Below, piece by piece: positions 57,300 to 64,000 of a DNA stretch of 64,000 bases (positions are counted from its first letter, which is position 1; the number at the start of each line of letters is the position of its first letter). The notes beneath the pieces were generated by a model. The model was not told where the DNA came from, searched no databases, and worked only from the letters and a program-made list of their open reading frames with translations. The stretch spans positions 210,733 through 274,732 of the forward strand of contig JBALVF010000002.1 in assembly GCA_036961325.1 (NCBI GenBank). Direction: 5' to 3'. This DNA comes from Cycloclasticus sp. (GTDB lineage Bacteria > Pseudomonadota > Gammaproteobacteria > Methylococcales > Cycloclasticaceae). The translations under genes were made by a program, and so were the position numbers.

Positions 57300-57612
57300 T
57301 ATTTTTGATTTAATCCCTAAAAACCTTGATAAGGAACTCGTTGAGACGCTTATTCAGCAGGGCGATGTAAAAATTGAGCGCATAGTATCGACAGGCCAAT
57401 CTTCACCGGAATTTGGTTGGTACGACCAGGCACTTGTAGAATGGGTGATGGTTTTAAGTGGAGAGGCTATTATCGCGTTTGAAGGGGAGGAGGACTGCCA
57501 CCTTGTGGCGGGTAGTTACCTGAATATTCCAGCACACACGAAACATAAAGTTAAATGGACGAGTCCAACGGTTGAAACCGTATGGTTAACAGTTCATTAT
57601 CCTGCTGATTAA
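57283..57612 (+). CDS. Cupin-domain protein
   Basis: IERIVSTGQSSP...WYDQ...EWVMVLSG...IPAHTKHKVKWT. Confidence 0.85.
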   Translation: MMNPNNIFDLIPKNLDKELVETLIQQGDVKIERIVSTGQSSPEFGWYDQALVEWVMVLSGEAIIAFEGEEDCHLVAGSYLNIPAHTKHKVKWTSPTVETVWLTVHYPAD

Positions 57613-57684
57613 CCGCCAATGTTTAAAATGAAATTTATTAAAAAAAGCGGCATGATTGATGGGATGAAAATTTAATATGAAGCT

Positions 57685-57713
57685 AAAAAAACCCGCGATA
57701 AATTATCGCGGGT
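57685..57713 (-). terminator. Rho-independent terminator of the nrt operon
   Basis: 11-bp perfect stem ACCCGCGATAA/TTATCGCGGGT with an A-run that gives the U-tract on the minus strand. Confidence 0.75.
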
Positions 57714-57821
57714 ATAAGAGATTCTTTCGAACCTGAGGAGGTTGAACATATTGAGAACATGCCAACACTTTTAATCTTACGTACTTGATTTATTACAACA
57801 ATGACTTTGATCATTAATTTA

Positions 57822-59501
57822 TTAATGATCATTACATTGGGCAAGAAAGCTCAATAAATCTTCTCGGTATTTATAATAGTCAGGGTGTGCAACCAGTGCT
57901 TTACGGCTACGCGGTCGGGGTAGGTCTACCTGCATAACTTTACCGACGTTTGCATTCGGACCATTAGTCATCATCACGACTCTATCGGCTAATAAAATTG
58001 CTTCATCGACGTCGTGTGTGACCATAATCGCGGTCACTTTGGTGCGCGTCCAGACTTCCATTAGCACTTCTTGTAATTCCCACCTGGTTAGGGAATCTAA
58101 CATGCCGAATGGCTCATCTAATAATAAAAGCTTGGGCGATAAGGCGAACGCACGGGCGATGCCCACGCGTTGTTTCATACCATTCGATAATTCAGCGGCT
58201 TTTTTATTAAAGGCACTGCCTAAGCCCACTTTGCTTAGGTAATACTCCACAATGTCGTTACGTTCGGCTTTACTAGCGTGTGGGTAAACACGCTCTACGC
58301 CTAAAGCAACGTTTTCTTTGGCGCTCAACCAGGGAAATAAGCTAGGTGCCTGGAAAACGACGGCGCGGTCTGGGCCAGCGGCATTAATTTCTTTTTTATC
58401 CAATACGATGCCGCCGTCGCTGACCTCTGTTAGACCAGCGGTCATGGATAAAACGGTCGATTTACCGCAACCAGAGTGGCCGATGATGGAAATAAACTCG
58501 CCTTTTTGTATATTAAGATTAAAACCATCGACCACGGTTAATGGGCCTTTGGGGGTGGGGTAAACCTTAGTTAAATTAAAATATTCTAAATATTTTTTAT
58601 CGCCAATACCTTGCTGATATGGCTTTAGGATTGTAGGTTTTTCGTTATCGGTTAAGCCAAAGTTTGCGGCGGTATTAGGTTGAACGTTCGGCAGCTGATA
58701 GACGTTGCTCTCGGCTTCAGCCGCGTCGGCAATACCGATGTTCATTAAATATTGTGTGATATCGCTACGGAGTTTTTTGAATTTTTCGTCGTGGTTCATC
58801 GCAGTTCTGTCGCGCGGACGTGGTAGATCAACAATAAATTCGGGGCCAAAAGTAGCATTAGGCCCCGGGTTAAGAGGAATAATTCTATCGGCCATGATAA
58901 GGCCTTCATCCACATCATTGGTGATGAGCACGACGGTTTTCTTTTCCTGCTCCCAGATGCGGATAATTTCATCTTGTAAGTTGGCGCGGGTGAGGGCGTC
59001 GAGGGCACTGAGCGGTTCGTCGAGCAATAATACGTGCGGACTGGCGGCCAATGCTCTTGCCACATTCACGCGTTGCCTCATGCCGCCGGATAGTTCTGAA
59101 GGGTGACGGTTTGTCGCGTGCGATAAGCCCACCATGTCGATGTACTTTTCGATACGCTGTTGCCGTTCAGTGGGCGATAAGTTCGCAAAAACGGAGTCAA
59201 CAGCCAGGGCGACATTGTCGTACACGGTGAGCCATGGCATCAAAGAGTAGCTTTGAAATACCACGCCACGTTTTGAGCTGGGCCCAGTTACACGTTCACC
59301 TTCCATAACTACCTCGCCACTGTCGGCTTTAATGAGGCCCGCAATGGTGGATATAAGGGTCGTTTTTCCGCTGCCTGAGAAACCCACGATAGCGACGAAT
59401 TCACCTTCTTTTATATCAAGGTTAATATTACTCAGAACGTCTGTTTTATTGTGCCCTGATCCGTATGATTTACTGATATTTTTTAGTGCTAAAAATGACA
59501 T
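57822..59501 (-). CDS. nrtC: Nitrate ABC transporter ATP-binding protein (two fused ATPase domains, NrtC/D-like)
   Basis: GFSGSGKT/LSGGMRQ/LLDEP and GHSGCGKS/LSNGMKQ/LLDEP. Confidence 0.9.
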   Translation of the reverse strand: MSFLALKNISKSYGSGHNKTDVLSNINLDIKEGEFVAIVGFSGSGKTTLISTIAGLIKADSGEVVMEGERVTGPSSKRGVVFQSYSLMPWLTVYDNVALAVDSVFANLSPTERQQRIEKYIDMVGLSHATNRHPSELSGGMRQRVNVARALAASPHVLLLDEPLSALDALTRANLQDEIIRIWEQEKKTVVLITNDVDEGLIMADRIIPLNPGPNATFGPEFIVDLPRPRDRTAMNHDEKFKKLRSDITQYLMNIGIADAAEAESNVYQLPNVQPNTAANFGLTDNEKPTILKPYQQGIGDKKYLEYFNLTKVYPTPKGPLTVVDGFNLNIQKGEFISIIGHSGCGKSTVLSMTAGLTEVSDGGIVLDKKEINAAGPDRAVVFQAPSLFPWLSAKENVALGVERVYPHASKAERNDIVEYYLSKVGLGSAFNKKAAELSNGMKQRVGIARAFALSPKLLLLDEPFGMLDSLTRWELQEVLMEVWTRTKVTAIMVTHDVDEAILLADRVVMMTNGPNANVGKVMQVDLPRPRSRKALVAHPDYYKYREDLLSFLAQCNDH

Positions 59502-59513
59502 ATTGAATACTCC

Positions 59514-60650
59514 TTACATTGCGTCGCCATAAGAGAAATACTTTTGTAACGTCAACATAATGCGATCGAGCATAAAGCCGATGATACCGATAGTGAATAC
59601 AGCCACCATAATTTTGCCTAATGAGTGTTGGCTACCATTTTGGAATTCATCCCAGACAAACTTACCTAAGCCAGGGTTTTGAGCCAACATTTCTGCGGCG
59701 ATCAATACCATCCAGCCAACGCCTAGTGACAGACGTAAACCGGTAAAAATCATTGGTAGTGAACTAGGTAATACAATTTTTGTGACGGTTTTCCACCAGC
59801 CTAATTGCAATACTTTAGATACGTTCATCAAGTCATTATCAATGGTTGATACACCAACGGCGGTATTAATGAGCGTTGGCCATAAGGAACAGAGGGTAAC
59901 GGTGATTGCTGAAACGAGAAATGATTTGCTAAACATGGGCTCTCCATCAACGACGTATACGGCGCTAACGATCAATGTCACGATGGGTAGCCAGGCAAGC
60001 GGTGAAACGGGTTTAAATATTTGAATAATAGGGTTAATGGCAGCGTTAAATGCAGGGCTTAAACCACAGATAACACCAAGTGGAATAGCGATGATACTAG
60101 CCAGTATAAAACCAGCAAATACCGTCCATAGACTGGTCATTATTTGTTGTGGATAGGTTGCTTTACCCGTGTATTGACGTATTTTTACATCCGCATCAGG
60201 GTTTTTTTCTAATTTTTTAACGTTGCGAACATCTTGACGCTGATAGAAAGCTATCTCTTTTTCTTTCTCTTTATAGTGGTCAGCTGCGAGACTTTTAGTT
60301 TCTTGCCAAACGGCGGCGGGGCCTGGAATGGCGCCCAGGCTAGTGTGTACTTTTGAGGCGCCCCAACTCCAAAAAACTAAAAAAAGTAACATCGCAAGTA
60401 CGGGTACGCCGATGACTTTAAGGATTTCTTTCAATTGTTGTATTGGGTCTTCACCGGATAATAATTTAACAAAGGGTATAAACCAGGTGAAACCAATAAG
60501 GTTTAGAAAACTAATAATTTTAAGTGACACATTAACTCCTTCTTTAGAGTTGGGTTTGGTTTGAGGTTGAGTGGTTTTTGCTTGTTTCTTTTGCTCTAGT
60601 GCTTGCTGAGACATTGTTTCCTGTTCTTTTAATATTGCGTTATTTGACAT
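59514..60650 (-). CDS. nrtB: Nitrate ABC transporter permease
   Basis: KPVSPLAWLPI, LWPTLINTAVGV, GWMVLIAAEML. Confidence 0.92.
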   Translation of the reverse strand: MSNNAILKEQETMSQQALEQKKQAKTTQPQTKPNSKEGVNVSLKIISFLNLIGFTWFIPFVKLLSGEDPIQQLKEILKVIGVPVLAMLLFLVFWSWGASKVHTSLGAIPGPAAVWQETKSLAADHYKEKEKEIAFYQRQDVRNVKKLEKNPDADVKIRQYTGKATYPQQIMTSLWTVFAGFILASIIAIPLGVICGLSPAFNAAINPIIQIFKPVSPLAWLPIVTLIVSAVYVVDGEPMFSKSFLVSAITVTLCSLWPTLINTAVGVSTIDNDLMNVSKVLQLGWWKTVTKIVLPSSLPMIFTGLRLSLGVGWMVLIAAEMLAQNPGLGKFVWDEFQNGSQHSLGKIMVAVFTIGIIGFMLDRIMLTLQKYFSYGDAM

Positions 60651-60670
60651 AGGGATACCTCTATTAAGTT

Positions 60671-60705
60671 GCCAGGAACGCCTGAATGAATCAGGCGTTC
60701 CTGGC
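60671..60705. other. Intercistronic stem-loop between nrtA and nrtB
   Basis: 15-bp perfect stem GCCAGGAACGCCTGA/TCAGGCGTTCCTGGC with no minus-strand U-tract; likely stabilises nrtA mRNA. Confidence 0.7.
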
Positions 60706-60712
60706 TTAATTT

Positions 60713-62101
60713 TTACTTAACAATATCCTTACCTTTTAAACCAATTTTGAACTGGCCTAAATAGGCGTTTGGCGTGCGTCCATCGTAAGTAACGTCGTCA
60801 ATAAAGTGCTTTTGTGGTGCACGGTAACCATCTGAATCCCAGGGCATGTCTTCTTTAGCTATTTTTCCTTCTGCTAATAATTCTTTCGCCGCTGCTAAAT
60901 AGATATCTGGACGATAGACTTTCCTTGCGATTTCGTGGAACCATTCGTCAGATTTTTCCTCGGTAATTTGTCCCCAACGGCGCATTTGGGTCAGGTACCA
61001 GATAGCATCTGAGTAGTAGGGATAAGTTGCGTAATAACGATAAAATACGTTGAAGTCAGGCAGCTCTCGTTTATCACCTTTTTCGTATTCAAACGTACCA
61101 GTCATGCTATTGGCAATTACGTCATAATCGGCACCAACGTACTCAGATTGGGCCAGTATTTTTACCGCTTCAGGACGATTTTCGTCGTTATTCTCATCAA
61201 GCCATTTAGCCGCGCGAATAAGCGCTTTGATCACCGCTTTATGCGTATTTGGATTCGCTTTAGCCCATTCAGCACTTACGCCAAATACTTTTTCAGGGTT
61301 GTTTTTCCAGATTTCATAATCGGTTACGACGGGAACGCCAATACCTTTGAACACGGCTTGTTGGTTCCAGGGTTCGCCGACGCAATAACCATGAATGGTG
61401 CCGGCTTCAAGCGTTGATGGCATTTGTGGAGGAGGGGTCACTGACAATAAGGCATCGGCATCAATTTGGCCTGTAATATCAGATTTTGAATAATATCCAG
61501 GGTGAATACCACCGGCGGCTAACCAATAACGTAACTCGTAGTTATGAGTCGATACCGGAAAAACCATGCCCATTTTGAACGGTTTTCCATCCGCTTTAAA
61601 CTGATCTACCACTGGCTTTAAGGCATCGGCCTTAATGGGGTGCACGGGTTTACCATCAGATCGTTTTGCAATGTTTGGCTTCATGGCTGCCCAAACATCA
61701 TTCGATACGGTAATGGCGTTACCGTTTAAATCCATACTAAAGGCCGTAATAATATCTGCTTTTGTACCAAAGCCTATGGTTGCGCCGAGTGGTTGACCGG
61801 CTAGCATATGAGCGCCATCGAGTTCACCATCAATCACACGGTCGAGCAATACTTTCCAGTTGGCCTGTGGTTCAACGGTGACGTATAGACCTTCGTCTTC
61901 AAAAAAACCTTTTTCATAAGCAATGGCCAGTGGCGCCATATCGGTTAGTTTGATAAAGCCAAATTTGAGTTCGTCTTTTTCAAGTTCAGCTGAATAGGCG
62001 CCGCTCAATCCACCAGCAATGGTTAGTGCAAGACCGGCGAGGCATTTTTTAAATAATACCCCTATCTCTTTTTTCATAAGTTTTTTGTCGTCTGTTTTCA
62101 T
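60713..62101 (-). CDS. nrtA: CmpA/NrtA-family nitrate-binding protein
   Basis: [39 protein letters not shown]. Confidence 0.92.
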   Translation of the reverse strand: MKTDDKKLMKKEIGVLFKKCLAGLALTIAGGLSGAYSAELEKDELKFGFIKLTDMAPLAIAYEKGFFEDEGLYVTVEPQANWKVLLDRVIDGELDGAHMLAGQPLGATIGFGTKADIITAFSMDLNGNAITVSNDVWAAMKPNIAKRSDGKPVHPIKADALKPVVDQFKADGKPFKMGMVFPVSTHNYELRYWLAAGGIHPGYYSKSDITGQIDADALLSVTPPPQMPSTLEAGTIHGYCVGEPWNQQAVFKGIGVPVVTDYEIWKNNPEKVFGVSAEWAKANPNTHKAVIKALIRAAKWLDENNDENRPEAVKILAQSEYVGADYDVIANSMTGTFEYEKGDKRELPDFNVFYRYYATYPYYSDAIWYLTQMRRWGQITEEKSDEWFHEIARKVYRPDIYLAAAKELLAEGKIAKEDMPWDSDGYRAPQKHFIDDVTYDGRTPNAYLGQFKIGLKGKDIVK

Positions 62102-62128
62102 TTGTTTTCCTATGTTAATTAAAAATCC

Positions 62129-62234
62129 AAAAAAAACGTCCGCAGCTCGTTTTTCATAAGAAAAACGTGCATACGGACGTCGTTGTCCAGTTGACCATAT
62201 AGGGTCAGTTTTTTTATTACCCCGCCGTTGGGGT
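62129..62234 (-). promoter_or_regulatory. ANTAR (NasT/NasR-type) antitermination leader
   Basis: Minus strand: P1 ACCCC-AACGGC-GGGGT, P2 GGAC-AACGAC-GTCC; P2 overlaps the terminator ACGTCCG...CGGACGT followed by a U-run. Confidence 0.88.
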
Positions 62235-62264
62235 GTAGTACTACAATTTAGCTATTTAGTTTCT

Positions 62265-62843
62265 TCATACCAGCAGCTCGCTAGCAGAAATAACGCTTTT
62301 GGCTAACTCAGCCATTTTCATATTTTTATCCATCGCTGTTTTTCGTAGTGTTTTGTAGGCAGCGTCTTCATCAATATTTGAATGCTTCATCACGATGCCT
62401 TTTGCTTTATCAATCAACTTTCGTTCGGTTAAGCTGGTTTTAGTTTTTTCTAATTCCTGTTTAATTTGCTGCTGTTCCTGAAAACGGAAAAGCGCCGTAT
62501 CCAATATGGATACGATTCGTTTAGCCTGCAAACCATCGACGATATAGGCACTAACCCCGGCTTTAATCGCAAGCCTAATAACATCCCTGCTGTCGTCGTA
62601 GGTAAATACGACGACAGGCAGAGGGTTATGTAAATTAATTTGTTGTACACAGTTAAATAACTGATCAAACCGTTTGTCTGTCACCACCATCAGTAAATCG
62701 ACGATGCCTGATAGAGTGGCCTGACTGACTTGACTCAAGCTAGAACAGATACCCATTACTTCGTAGTTGGACTGGTATAAGCTATTTTGAATATCAACCA
62801 GTCCATCCGCTGTCGTGTTGAATAAAAGTACTTTGGTTTTCAT
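62265..62843 (-). CDS. nasT: ANTAR-domain antitermination regulator
   Basis: Pseudo-receiver domain (AIKAGVSAYIVDGL) plus ANTAR (ERKLIDKAKGIVM...AYKTLRKTAM). Confidence 0.92.
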   Translation of the reverse strand: MKTKVLLFNTTADGLVDIQNSLYQSNYEVMGICSSLSQVSQATLSGIVDLLMVVTDKRFDQLFNCVQQINLHNPLPVVVFTYDDSRDVIRLAIKAGVSAYIVDGLQAKRIVSILDTALFRFQEQQQIKQELEKTKTSLTERKLIDKAKGIVMKHSNIDEDAAYKTLRKTAMDKNMKMAELAKSVISASELLV

Positions 62844-62897
62844 CAGATTTTATTTAACTGTCTAAACTATAAGAAGGATACGAAGGCATGAAATAAT

Positions 62898-64000
62898 TTA
62901 AAATTTAGCCTGAACGAAAGCCCAAATTTTAGTGACGTCGTTAGGAGTCGTTGTGTTCAGACTATTCGTGTCAGCATTGAAATCAGCATACTTAAGACCA
63001 AGGGTGTAGTTTTTAGCTACTTTCTTTGTTGCCATGATATTAAACTCCGTACCATAATCGTAACTGTTTTTATCTGAGCTAAAGTCGTGATAAGCAGCAA
63101 CAAATTTCATGCCGTAAGCTTTTGCAACAGCAGTTAAGTAGATATCTTTAACACCATCGCCAGGGGTCACCAGGAACTGATCTGCCCAGCCCTGGTAAGC
63201 GTGATTCGTACCTAAGATAGTAACGAAACGATCTGCTCCACCGTTGCCTTCTTGCAGTTCATAACTCGCTTTGACTAGCAACATTTTCACGGGGCCGTCG
63301 AATGTCATTTTTGCGCCTAATTCGCCTAATAAATAATCCGCATCAATGGAGTTAGGGTTATCTGCTGCATCAGACTGGCTTGCGTATTCAGCGGTATAAA
63401 TAGCGTTAACACCATCAGCTACGGGCGTAGCGCCACTCGCTCTTAAACCATATGTATTGGTTGATAAAGCATCCGCATTTTTAAAGTCATATAAATACGC
63501 ATAGGCTTCGAGCTTTACTGGCTTAAAACCCATGTATTGCGCATTTATCAGGTGAGAGGCGCTATCGAAGTCATCCCATGGCTCTGGTGCATCTTCACCG
63601 AAGATACGGTTTACATTCCATACGTAGGCATAGCTAAGGGTCGTGTCCTGGATTGATTTGTTTGCAACGGAGAAAGCGTCGAGTGTCTGCCAGTTTTGAC
63701 GCCATGCAACGGTTCCGATGTGTCTATGAAAGGGGGCGTCGCGGTAGGTGAGTGCCTGACGACCCAGTTTGACAGAGGTGTCGCTAAGTCCGGTGTAAAA
63801 CAGATAGCCTTGATTTAGTTCAGTTTCATTTGGGTCGGCTATAACAGGGTAGGTCGCGCCTTTTGCTTGTGATTTATGTGCATAATTATTGCTAAATAAG
63901 CTGTGGACGCTTTCAACTTCGCCGTAAATACCCAGACCATAATAAGTGCCGGTTTTATACGCTGCTGTTAGTCTGGCGGTATAAGCGTTGGCTTCTTCTG
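62898..64000 (-). CDS. Alginate-export-family outer-membrane porin, 5'-truncated by window edge
   Basis: Frame is open from 63533 to the window end (DPNETELNQGYL...GRQ...RHIGTVAWRQNWQTLDA); terminal Phe. Confidence 0.85.
   Translation of the reverse strand, partial: EEANAYTARLTAAYKTGTYYGLGIYGEVESVHSLFSNNYAHKSQAKGATYPVIADPNETELNQGYLFYTGLSDTSVKLGRQALTYRDAPFHRHIGTVAWRQNWQTLDAFSVANKSIQDTTLSYAYVWNVNRIFGEDAPEPWDDFDSASHLINAQYMGFKPVKLEAYAYLYDFKNADALSTNTYGLRASGATPVADGVNAIYTAEYASQSDAADNPNSIDADYLLGELGAKMTFDGPVKMLLVKASYELQEGNGGADRFVTILGTNHAYQGWADQFLVTPGDGVKDIYLTAVAKAYGMKFVAAYHDFSSDKNSYDYGTEFNIMATKKVAKNYTLGLKYADFNADTNSLNTTTPNDVTKIWAFVQAKF

Noticed and set aside
969-62668. Numerous 60-180-aa ORFs antisense to or nested within the called genes (e.g. 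1281..1814, 32787..33308, 50966..51472, 58705..59106)
   Set aside because: Shadow ORFs of well-supported genes, with no recognisable motifs or RBS.
1-64000. tRNA, rRNA, integrase or transposase genes
   Set aside because: None recognised by eye or in the ORF track; tRNAscan-SE and HMM searches would be needed to exclude short or degenerate ones.

Overview
Gammaproteobacterial chromosomal segment; the gene content and moderate AT-richness suggest a marine lineage, but this is inference. No rRNA, tRNA or CRISPR array was seen. Layout: (1) ion-homeostasis cluster (NhaP-type antiporter, Na/Pi cotransporter, DUF211 + VIT-like pair, P-type ATPase) ending in a beta-CASP metallo-beta-lactamase (MBL) gene. 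(2) attI-like site plus a 3-gene integron cassette cluster. (3) rimK-protease-desuccinylase operon, zntB, mscS-family gene, tamAB. (4) A ~94%-identical second copy of the MBL 3' end, a second attI-like site and four textbook attC-bounded cassettes: mini kinase-like protein, ABC-ATPase/TOPRIM fusion, DUF2971 protein, unknown protein. No integron integrase is present anywhere in the window. (5) cusCBA-type efflux operon preceded by a Cys/His-rich RPP-ending ORF. (6) Soluble PAS kinase/NarL-type regulator divergent from a PAS-GGDEF-EAL gene and aer. (7) sigma54/NtrC-type nitrate-assimilation locus (PP2C-kinase, narK, nirBD, PhzF-like) whose Tat-less nitrate reductase is paired with a DmsB-DmsC-like Fe-S/membrane-anchor fusion. 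(8) Decayed cassette-like region in which two identical 77-bp inverted-repeat elements bracket a dicarboxylate/amino-acid symporter. (9) nrtABC with a tandem-hairpin ANTAR leader, nasT and a porin running off the end. Best candidates for new biology: integrase-less duplicated attI platforms carrying defence-like cassettes, GGGGTC-ended mini-elements sitting at broken attC sites, and a membrane-anchored assimilatory nitrate reductase.
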